Shown: piece by piece, positions 53,343 through 64,000 of the stretch
Position numbering within the stretch: the first letter of the stretch is position 1
Layout: each line of letters opens with the position of its first letter
Assembly: GCA_951406725.2 (NCBI GenBank)
Contig: OX597821.1
Coordinates: forward strand, 35,774,001-35,838,000
DNA: 64,000 bases
Direction: 5' to 3'
Source: Octopus vulgaris
Taxonomy: Eukaryota
Made by a program: the position numbers and the translations under genes
Notes under the pieces: model-generated
The model's database searches: none
What the model was told of the DNA's origin: nothing
The model's input: only the letters and a program-made list of their open reading frames with translations

Positions 53343-53426
53343 TACTGCTTACCGAGGAGGACACTAAAGATACAATTTCTCCGGTCAAAAAGATCAAGCA
53401 ATTTTTCAAGACATGTATAGATCCAA
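53343..53426 (+). CDS. M13 peptidase exon (VLLTEEDTKDTISPVKKIKQFFKTCIDP)
   Basis: ttctag|TA...CCA A|gtaagt, 84 nt, phase 1-1. KxKxFFxxCxD corresponds to the neprilysin KAKxLYxSCxN/D motif. Confidence 0.88.
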
Positions 53427-55019
53427 GTAAGTTTCAATTCTTGCAATATTCAAGTGAAGTGTTAATGTATTTAATGAAGAAAATGATAAAATATAAAACA
53501 ACAAAAAATAGAAATAGTATTAGCTATTAGATTGCTTTAGTTATTTAAGTAATTAAGTGAGACAAGACTGTACAGTTTTTTGTTCTGACTATAAATTCAT
53601 TAGCTAAACATAGAAGTCTCCTGTTTGTCAAAACAGTGTGCATGCAAAATAAATGTGCATACATGAAAACTCTGCGATAGAAAATGGGGGATACATTATA
53701 CATGAATTATGAATAACCAAAGTTAAGCCAGTTTTAATAAGTTAGGCTGTAGCGTATAGTTAATGGAATACAATTATTAGGTGAGAAAGAAAGCAAAATA
53801 TATATCTCATTGCAAAACTTTATTCTACCTATTCCCAAAATTACAGAAGGCGTCTTCAATACATTATTACGAAAGGTGAAGGTGGCTTAAGATGATGGAC
53901 AACAAGGATTTCGATGTTTTAGATATTGTTTTAGTATTTAACAGGTGTTTAAATTAAACGTCGTAATCCGCTTGAAACTACTTTTGAACACACACAGACA
54001 CACACACACACGCACGCACACACGCACGCACACATACATAATTGAAAAACAAACAGAAACGGTATTCTTGAAGCCGAAGATTTGAACTTATGGAGAAAAT
54101 ATGAACATGTTGCCTGGGGAAACACTAGATCATATAATGCGGATAAACGATTGTATAATCAGGTACTTGCACGCCTGGAAACTACGTTGCGTTGAAACAA
54201 TTATAGTGACTGAAAATGAATATCCAACCATACTTCTTCTTGTAGACTCCAAATTTTTTCATTTATCTATTCATACGCGACAGCTGCTCAAACGCAAACG
54301 TGGAAGTACGTATGATACTACTACTGCATAGCACAGGGTAAATCTAATCTGAAGACGGACGAGCTTTATAAAGTACTTAATTACGTTCTTAACAGAAAAT
54401 ACCATAATTATATATATGTGTGTGTGTGTGCGTATGCCCACGCGCGTGTGCCCACGCGCGTGTGAGAGAGAGGTAACATTCTTAATATAGTCGATAAACT
54501 TAATTTTTATTCTGGTAGACTTCCAGAATGCATAATGAGAACAATAGAACTTAGGTTTATGTCAATATCTGTCCAGAGGCAAGGGGGAAGAACTCTAATT
54601 AAAAATGAAATTAGGAGTGAGTTTGATGTGTTAGCAGTTATGGTGACGACTGTAGGTACGTTTCGTTATGTTAAGCATCGTTAGCGACGTTTAGTATAGG
54701 ACATATATACATTATCCTTTGAAGATATAATTGTGTGTGCGTTGAAATAATTTGCCAATTAAAGCATCTAAAACAATGACGTGAGTACACGTCTCAATTA
54801 TTTTCTTCACCTTTTTTCACATATTTTTACCAGCGTGCTAAACATGATTAGTAGTATGAGATCAAGATATGAGCAACGGGAAGAAAAACGAAAAATCATT
54901 GCATGCGGGAGATACTTTCTAATGGTGACAGGGGAAATAACTCGGTAATTCAATCTGGTAAAATTTCAATAGAGATAGCTGTGGCTGAGGGAGTCTGTTA
55001 CATGAAAGTTAAGATGAAA

Positions 55020-56860
55020 TAATTCGCAGACATATTTTGATAATGCTGTGGAAGAATCAGTAAGTTCCAACCAATCCTGCTCGCTGCAGATGCAGTAATT
55101 TTTCATTTATCTCAGTGTTTTCAATTCGGTTTGTGCGCTCAGTGTTAGTGGTATCAAGCACAGTACAAAGATCAGTGGGGACAGGCAGTCCCCTTGGAAG
55201 ATGCCTCTCCTGATTTCTACTGTCCCTAAGCTTCTCTCGTATGCTGTCAGATCCGTCCTCCAATTCACCATACTTTTTCCAAGCAATCGCTCAACATTCG
55301 ATGCAATACCAAATAGGTCCATACACTCCATAATCCAAGAATGTGGGATCATATTGTACGCCTTACGATAGTCGATCCATGACATGGCTAATTTACTTTT
55401 CCTCCTCTTGCAGTCTCTAAGTACAGTTTTGTCTATCAAGAGTTGATCCTTGGTACCTCTGAACTTACGCTTGCAAATCTTCCGCTCATGTGGCAGATCT
55501 CCATTTTTCCCAAATGTTCGTACATTAACTCTACGACTATTCCAGTCAATAACTTCCACATAACTGGCAAACAGGATATCGGCCTGTAATTGTCTACCGT
55601 ATTGCCTTTTTCGATGTTTTTCAGCCACAGTACTGTGCTAGACAATGCCAACCACTGTGGTGTTACTTGGCCGGCATTTAACAAGGTGTTGAGTTGCGTA
55701 GCCATCCGTGCATGAAATTCACCAAATCTTTTGGTCCAGTAGCCTTGAACTCCATCTGGTCCCGGGGCCTTCCTGTTGCTCATTTTTTTGCTGATTTCCT
55801 TCACTTCCCTAACTGAAATGACTAGTTCTGCCTGTTTTCGACAGACTACTGTTTGTTTCAGTTCTTGCAACCATTCAGCATTCTTCTTGTGCCCCTTCTC
55901 TTTGCTCTAGGTGTCACTCCACAACCTTTGACTTTCAATGTTATCTGGTATGAACTTTTCATCTGTACACCCTCCATTTATTTCTTTATAGAATCTCTTC
56001 TAATCTACTCTGAATAACCTATTCTTGTGGTAACCCTCCATTCTTTGGTCGCATCTTACCATCTTTGCTTTCTTTGCAACGATGCGCTGTTTCAGTTCTT
56101 CCGCTACTACTTTCAGTCCCTTTCTTTCAATATTATACTTCCTTTCCAGTGCCTTGTCTTTTTATTCTCCTTTCTCTTTTCGGTCTAATATAGAGATTTT
56201 TTTCGAGAGAATGTCTAACCCTGCTATGGATCTTTTCTTTTGCCATTCTCATTATGTTTCTTTTTCTTGACATCAACACCCACGTTTTTTGCTACAACAA
56301 TCCTTGCTGCCTTGATGAAATTATTTGTTTCTGTGATGTTGTTTGTTCTGATGTATTTCAGAATTTCATTGACATTTTTCGTTTCTTGGTTTAATTTCAA
56401 TCAATCAACATTTTAAGGTTACAAATAATGTCGCTATCTTTCTCCTGTAGTCTTACCTTTATTATGTCGTAGATTGCCATTTGTTTATCTGTCATGTCGC
56501 CATTAGTTTATTGTCTTCTTTTAGATCATCCATATGTCTCTCATCAAGTATATTATCATTCATGTTCCTTCTTTTTATTCACCACAACAATTTCTGGATT
56601 CCTATGTCTGGCCAGCTGATTGCACTGGATCATTACATCCCACATCATTTTGCAGTTCTCATTTTCAGTGACTCCTTCTGGGGTTTTCTCATACCACATC
56701 TTTGCTCTTTGAAGGCCGTTATTTCTACAGAGCCCCCAATGGATCATTCTTGCCACATCGTCATGGTGTCGTTTGTATTCACGCTGTGCCAATTTCGAGC
56801 ATTTGCTAACGATGTGCCATACAGTTTCACCCTGCTCACCGCACATTCTGCATTTGTCGT
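55020..56860 (-). mobile_element. Rearranged and deleted R4/Dong-like RLE LINE abutting (AAT)n
   Basis: [38 protein letters not shown] and [14 protein letters not shown] (RT). CRMC..ETVWHIVSKC and RNPEIVV (CCHC knuckle + RLE) lie at 56560-56860. Confidence 0.88.
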
Positions 56861-56871
56861 TATTATTATCA

Positions 56872-56908
<37 letters not shown>

Positions 56909-56965
56909 CATTATTATTATTATTATTATTATTATTTGTTATTGTTGTTGTTGTAGTTGTTGTAC
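56860..56965. repeat. (TTA)n/(TTG)n microsatellite
   Basis: Direct reading. Confidence 0.95.
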
Positions 56966-57111
56966 ATACTTTTCTTATTGAATTGAGGAAGTCTCTATAG
57001 TACCTTCTATCGCTTATTGACAGCGATTGTGATGATGTGTTAGAAGCCAAATGTAAGAATTTGATTCGATTCTTAGTGTTTTAGTGTTAAAATTTTCTAT
57101 TATTCTGGCAG

Positions 57112-57314
57112 ATGCAACTGAAGAGGCAAATGTACAACAAAGCATGATGAAAGCCGCTGAATTCGGTGGAATACCTTTCGTTACTGGTAGCATGAACGAG
57201 AACGTTACTAGAATAGAGTTACTTACTAATTTTGCAGAGTTTTTCGCAGCGTTTCCATTTCTTGCTTTCGACATCCAAAGAAATATTCATACTGGCGACG
57301 GAAATGCAATTTAC
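57112..57314 (+). CDS. M13 peptidase exon (NATEEANVQQSMMKAAEFGGIPFVTG...GDGNAIY)
   Basis: ggcag|AT...ATT TAC|gtaagt, 203 nt, phase 1-0. FGGIP lies at the position of the family GGWP motif. Confidence 0.85.
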
Positions 57315-58199
57315 GTAAGTATTCCCCCTATTATAACTTGTAAGCGTGGAACAGCAGTATATATAAATTTTGCTGTGACAATGTTTTGGCTTTACACAAT
57401 TATTACAATTATCTGCTACACTAGTGTAAGAAAATTGTTACCAAACCTTTTCTGACTATTACCTGCTACCTACTTATTAGGTGTACCATATTAGTCGTGG
57501 TAAAATGGATACCCAAGGTATTTGAATACGAGGTATCGCATTGAAATCAGTTACCCTTTATTCAGTAAACCCAGTTTTTTCAACATTTATTGTAAAAAGA
57601 CTTTCTTCGCCCATAGCTGTCAAGTCTCTTTCATTATGAGATATGATAACTTTCAGTCACATATCTTCAGTTCAATCGGTTTCACTAAATTAGCTTTTTA
57701 AAATTTTTTTCGGGTCTCTTAATCTAAATTTCACTGCATATATTTTGCAACTCACCTATCACTGATATTTTCTTGAGTCTTATCATGAAGAAAATTTGAG
57801 CAAACGAGAGAGGCTTCAGTCAACAAGAGAGACTCAGCTGAGAAGATGACTGAAGTAAGAAGAAAGTCGTCGTTAAAAAACAAAAAAAAACTGCGTAACT
57901 ACCTTGCCAGCTATAAATAGTAGCTAGCTCACTTTTGAAGCAGACCTAGCTACTTTATAAACAGGAACAACACATTAGTTAATGCAACCTTACAAACACT
58001 CTCATTAATAAGATGCTCAGGGCATATGTAGATATAAAACATATGTAGATATAAAACATATGCAGTCCTGTGTATACAAGGACTATAGCGAACATCATGT
58101 AACTGTTATCATACTCTTTATTAATTAGCATACGTGGCTCATAATCTACATAGCGGTGGGATAACGTTTTATGGAAACAAATATACTACTAACCATATA

Positions 58200-59200
58200 T
58201 TCCACCACAAATGAAGCATTTATGCCATTGTTGGATCAAAGTCTTGAATTCTCTTTCAAAGGATTTACTTGTATACCATCGTACTCATTGTTTCACAGTT
58301 ACCTCCATCTCCTCTGTGTCATCAACTCATTGTCCCCCAATGCAGTATCTGATTGGACTGAACAGCTGAAAGGCAGAGGGTTCCAAATCCGAGATGTACG
58401 GTGGATAGAGGACCAATCACCAGCGTAATTAGTCTGTTGCCTCATTTGTTGCGAATAATATCGGTAATGCAGCACCATAGTGAATGCAGACGCTTTTCAG
58501 ATTCTCGTTCGTGCTCTTCCTCCTAATGACTTCTCTTAGGTTTATGAGTATCGAAACGTACCGTTCCAGCAAGTCGAAGAGAATGAGGACAGTGTTACTT
58601 CCGAAACAAACACCATAAAATGTTGTTGCCAATCACTGTCTCTTGGACGTCTTAGACTTCAGAAAAAAGCTCTGAGGCCATTCTATGGACACGTTCTTAG
58701 TTTCCGGGCCTCAAAGCTACATCCACATTTCAACCTTAGCCACCTGAATGAGAAAAAAACATGTTTTCGTTAATTTCAAACGCTTCCAACTGATCACAAG
58801 TTTCTCTTACACAAATCGGATTTCAAGCATCGAGGTACACACTTTGCACTCATTTTACATTACCCGAAATGTTGCATCATCTTCTTTTCTCTTTGAATGC
58901 ATTGCAGTTACTCTCTAGTTGTGCAGTGGGCTCACAAATTATACTTACTCATCCGAGAAAATCAATTCGTTTGCACGCTGGAAATTCGTGTCAGTGATCA
59001 CAGCCGATGAACTTCCTTAGCGCGGTTTGTCGTCAATGTTTGTTTCTCCAGTTTTAAGTTTCTTAATCCATCTGTGCACATTGCACAGTGTTATCATCTT
59101 TATAATCAACTTGTTAGTTTGCATAGCCGTCGGACAACCTGCACCCTTCCTTTAACAATTCAACGATAATACGTTGCTCTGTTTTGAAATCGTTATTTGT
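58200..59200 (-). mobile_element. Heavily decayed mariner transposase
   Basis: Minus-strand VLYPPYISDLEPSAFQLFSPI (family motif HPPYSPDLAPSDFHLFGPL) and LINLREVIRRK...VCIHYG. Confidence 0.7.
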
Positions 59201-59490
59201 TGACAGTGCAGAGAAAAAGTTACTTATTTAGGGAATGTCATTCTATCAACATGTATAATTTGAACGAACTATATCAGTTAAGGCTTTGTCAATATTTGCA
59301 CTATTTTCAGCACATCCATAATGTATTCTACAGAATATCAGGGCATAAAGATATAGTCAATGTCCTCGCTTTTTTTTTAAGAATGCATAAAATGAGTCGA
59401 GGTATGCCAACAATCCTTACTTACAACTACCTAAACACATGACTCTATTTGTCTATTTTCATTAAATTGATTATCCTTTTTTCGTTGCAG

Positions 59491-59619
59491 TTGTCCTTAC
59501 CAAAGACTTATAACAAAGAAACTATTCTCAGCGTCATTGAGAGTATTTCAAAACTAGCGAACCAAACTGATAGTTATAACGTAACTGAAATCACAACTTT
59601 TATGGACACTTATAAAGAG
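59491..59619 (+). CDS. M13 peptidase exon (LSLPKTYNKETILSVIESISKLANQTDSYNVTEITTFMDTYKE)
   Basis: Polypyrimidine tract then ttgcag|TTG...GAG|gtaaaa, 129 nt, phase 0-0, open frame. LSLP corresponds to the family LGLP motif. The gene continues beyond the window. Confidence 0.75.
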
Positions 59620-62589
59620 GTAAAACTGTTTTTATCCATTACGTGTGCCTCGTAAGGAGATGCAAAAGCAAACTCAGTGACTACATCATTTATTAATAAT
59701 ACACATAAACACACTCGTACAAGCAACACAGAGACAGAAGCGCACATAAACCACATAAACTCAACAAACAAATGCACATAAACACAGCGCATACATATGT
59801 CACTGTGATTTGACTGAAGCTATTTCAGACTGGGTAGTTAAATTTGGTTGGAATGTGATACTATGTAAATGTGAAGCAAAGTATGGAAGCAGACAGGCAA
59901 ATGTTTAAAATACGATGTTTCACAGTTAAGAAAATTTATTTAAAGAAAATTAGCAGAACGACAACGGCCATCTCCAAAGCTGTACAGAGTGCCATACCGA
60001 TCGGGATGCCCTCGACGTCTGCAACAGTGGCTCAAGTGGCAAAACGTAAAAGATGGTCAGAGAGTATATACTTAACGTGCAATTCAAAAGATTTCTAATA
60101 TTTGACAACCGACCAACTCTCACAATGCATGGAAACGTTTGAGCATCTGGAAGCAAAACACAAACATACTACATTCACAGACACTTTAAGCTGAACTAGT
60201 CGACCTCATCGAAAACATATGATTGGCTTGTGGTAATATTAAACCTTGCTTCAATATACAAATAAAAATGAGAAACACCGACGTGACTAAGTCTCTTACA
60301 TCTGCTAATTATCGCATATATGATCGTGTAGCAGGTCGATATAAGTTGAAAAGCAGTCAGTAGGGACTTATTTGTACACTAAGGATTATCTCTTCCAACA
60401 ATAGTCAAGGCAACAAAAGATCAGAACAAGCGATCAGAACATTATTAGATTGAACGACGCCCAATAACAGTTGCCGAGACATGCACGTAGGGGATTTGGT
60501 TATTAGCCATCTATATATATCGGATCCCACCTCTCATATCTGACATGTGGCACGTGGTACTGCTTTCTGATAATATTGCCCTAATGATGTCGGACATTGG
60601 AAATGGAGATGGCCGTTGTCATACTGCTAATATGGGCAGCGTTGACAGAAATACTCATTAACCAGTTCAAAACTGTGCCTTCAGCTCAACACCTATATAT
60701 ACCTGCAATCCGTACCAGCGTCGTCGTTTTTCAGTAGTTGACTCGATTAAGGTGAGGGGACATTGTGTGGGTTTAAGAACAGTGGTGATCGATCTCAGTC
60801 AGAACAATATTTAGAAAAGTATATTTGATGAAAAGCTAATCAGAACGAACAAATGCTTTATAAATCTTTCGGGAATAACGTTTCTAATTACAATCCGCAG
60901 TTCACATTTGACCAAAGTAGCGTATCCACTCTTCGAATGTTGTTGTAGGAAGATGTGTTCCATTGAACATACAGTCCAATTAACAGAGACGTCTGAATAC
61001 TTAGTCCGATGATTCGCAGGTATGCGCTGTGACTTCACATCGTTATCATTTTCGGTTTCGAGGAATATTTTTCGCGTAAGGAAATGTCGGCTACTGGATC
61101 TATCCAAAATGTACTCAGACGGAAGAAAACATTCAGCATTTAATCTTTAAGTAAACAAACTGTATTGATTTGATGAAAAAGTACTTTCACGCATGAGCTC
61201 AGTGAAGTCGGCATCACTTCCTTCTTTTTGCTAGGAAGAACAACCAATTATATCCCTCTGCCTGATGGCTATGATGAAAGAATTACTATCCTGGATCAGA
61301 CTCACAGGACTGAGAATAACAGACGCTTGTCTCTTTGTCCAAGCTCTCTCAAACTTCCTTAATTACCCCGTAGAGAGCAAGATGTTAATGATAAACTTGC
61401 TGAAAGATGGCTAAGGTGGACCATATTATAAATTGCTGAAGAATGAATGACAGAAGAGTGGCCCGTATGGCCCCAATATCCAGAGTTTATGAAAACAAAT
61501 GTCAGTCATATACTATACTAATTTGAATAACTGTAAGCTTTGTCACAAATTGTGCAGCCTTAAAATTCAGTGAAGAAGTTTTACGCTCGCTTATTTATAT
61601 ATAAATATCAAATATCGTTTTGCTAACACTTCACTGGATTCAAAACAGTGCGATATACTGACTAGTATATTCCTTGATATGCGGATAAACGGTGACATAG
61701 CCATTAGTAGAATTCCTTTTAACATATATCTGGTAGACTGGAATTGAAACAGGAGATAAATCGCAACCACAACAACATGATATATTAGGTCACACCACAC
61801 CAGAATATAACAACACACTTCTCCGAACTCGGATTGCTTTGTTACTTTTATGTGAAAAGGCTAATCTTACCCGAAATATAGAATCAATAAACAATCAATG
61901 TAAGGTAATACAATACCTTTTCGTTTTCATTTATTGGCATCATGGGTATTTTACCAAACTTACTTGGCTCAGTTTTTTCTTTTTCATTTTCAAATGTGTA
62001 TGTAGATTGCTCGTTCCAATGCGTCAACGAATTACAATACTTTTTTACGTGAGAATATATTCACTAAGCAAAAATTCCATGTTATTCCTCAAAACGTTTA
62101 TTCATTGGTTCGTTTTTTGTTCTATTATATTTTTCATAAATGCGCTTATTAGTTGGCCGACTCAATACCTACAATAGACATGAACATATTTTTGGACTAT
62201 AAACCACGAAATATTTCAGAAATTTTGAAAGATTTTCCTCACGTAAGTTTTAAGCTATTTATTTATACAAAATAATAGAAGCGTGCTAGAATCACGGTTC
62301 AACGAACAAAATACCTTGCGGTAATTTTCTTCTGTCTCGTTGCGTCCTGAGTTTGAATTTTTACGAGGTTTCCTTCGCTTTTCATTCTTTCTGGTTCATT
62401 ATAATAAAGTAGCATTTATTACTGGTACCGAGGGAATCAACTAATCCATTGATTTCATTACAGCTAGAAATGTGCTTAAAATATAAATAACAGATTGTTG
62501 GTTATTTCTTGTTCTTTGATTTCGGAATTGTGTACCATGATTTCCAGTTTTTTTGTTTATTTATTTGTTTTTTGTATTTGCTGCCGAAC

Positions 62590-62944
62590 ACCTTTAGAGG
62601 TTTTATCGTGCGTAGAAGCTACCAGATCCACCAATGTTCCCCTACGCCGGCTGACCCCTTGCCCGTCTGCATCCTCCAAGATGAGGCAGAGCCTCTGGAG
62701 ATCCCTTCACATTTGCTAGCTTTCTTACAAAGGGTTCTAATGCTCTTAGCTTAGACTTTTTGGGTGGCAGCCAGATTGAACCATCTCAAGTGTAACTGCC
62801 CGAAATGGTCGTGACCTCTGGGACTTGAGTGATGAAAGAAAGTCAAAATCCGTTATTTTTTTCCTTGCTTGTCCTTCTAATTGTTGTTTCTCTTGTCGTC
62901 TATCTTTCCGAACGTTTTGATAACCTCTATTGCGTTTTTGCTCC

Positions 62945-63004
<60 letters not shown>

Positions 63005-63900
63005 TGGATAATCCCAGGTTAGTATCTTTAGAGGTTTTATCGTGCGTAGAAGATACCAGATCCACCAATGTTCCCCAACGCCAGCGGTCCCGTGCAAGTC
63101 CGTCTGCATCCTCCAAGATGAGGCAGAGCCTCTGGAGATCCCCTAAATCACGTTCAGCCATCTGATGCAGAGCCTGCCACGGGATTCATCTAACCCGCGG
63201 CTATTGCATCGGAAGAGAGTAAGATTTGAACAAATTGGAAAAGATCAATGATCATGCGAGGCGCGCCGACGAGCTTGGGAATTTTCTTGAGGGAAGCGTA
63301 GTCAAACATTTTGGATACTGCTTTGAAGTCGACGAAGGTAATGTAGAGGTGAACTCCCAAGATTTTTCAATAATGAAACGAAGAGCAGAAATATGTTCAG
63401 CGGCAGACCGACTTGATAGATCAACACAGCTGAGAAGGATCCTGGTGCAGAGTTTTCCAGGATTAGAGTGAAGGGTGTTGCCTCTGTTGTTACTGCAGAC
63501 GAGTTTGCCGCCGTTCCGTTTCGAGGAAACGAGGATGGTGCACCGATTCCAGTTATTTCTCAGTCATTCTCACACATGGTTGATTATGCGAGTGATCAAC
63601 TGGGTCATGTTTTCTCCTACAAAGTTCAACCTCTCCGCAGTGATACTGTACTGCAGATGCCAGTGGCTTCGTGGTTATTGAGCTTCTTCAAGGCAGCACC
63701 GACTTCGTCGGGTTTGATAGGATCGATTTTAAGTACCTTTCGTTGTGGCTCTATTTGTGGAAATATTTAGGATGAGATCGATTGTGACTGGCTGGTGTGA
63801 AAGAAGAAGCCTAAAGTGCTCCTTCAAGCGTTCGAGAGAGGCAATTTCCATGGTGATAATGTTGCATTTATGATACTTATATACTGCAGTTCGACCTAGA
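62590..63900 (-). mobile_element. RTE-clade LINE relics: two copies of the 3' end (62590-62710 and 63020-63190) plus a deleted RT segment
   Basis: AERDLGDLQRLCLILEDADGLARDRWRWGTLVDLV has a shorter, partly deleted second copy at 62590-62710. LYITFVDFKA is an RT motif. Confidence 0.7.
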
Positions 63901-64000
63901 AAGCTACATCAATGGTATTTTAAGCTTAGGCGATACGAAACTGGAGAATGATAGTGGAATTGTAATAATTGGCGAAGAACAAGTGAAGAATTTTACAATT

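Noticed and set aside
60300-61500. GC-richer segment that may be a decayed LINE (likewise 34980-35310)
   Set aside because: No diagnostic motif could be read with confidence; needs tblastx against repeat proteins.

Overview
AT-rich eukaryotic DNA, dense in microsatellites and transposons. The SINE/LINE/Penelope repertoire and the (TA)n/(CATA)n/(AAT)n load suggest a cephalopod, probably Octopus (inference). One host gene can be rebuilt on the + strand: a divergent type II membrane M13 metallopeptidase (neprilysin/ECE-like). Six phase-compatible GT-AG exons run from 40838 to 59619, with a candidate start exon at 746-768; the catalytic HExxH half lies beyond the window. The remainder is intronic or intergenic and holds Penelope-like elements (one with an uninterrupted 464-codon RT+GIY-YIG frame), RLE/R4-type, CR1/L2-type and RTE LINE relics, mariner, Tc1 and hAT-Buster DNA transposons, non-autonomous Helitrons and many tRNA-derived SINEs. 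The most striking signal is about 15 type I hammerhead-ribozyme-like motifs in Penelope-derived or fold-back elements. Several carry recurrent non-canonical cores (CCGANGA in five copies, and a G3:C8-swapped GUGAACA), and two sit in opposite arms of a ~425-bp palindrome. All folds were read by eye and none was computed.
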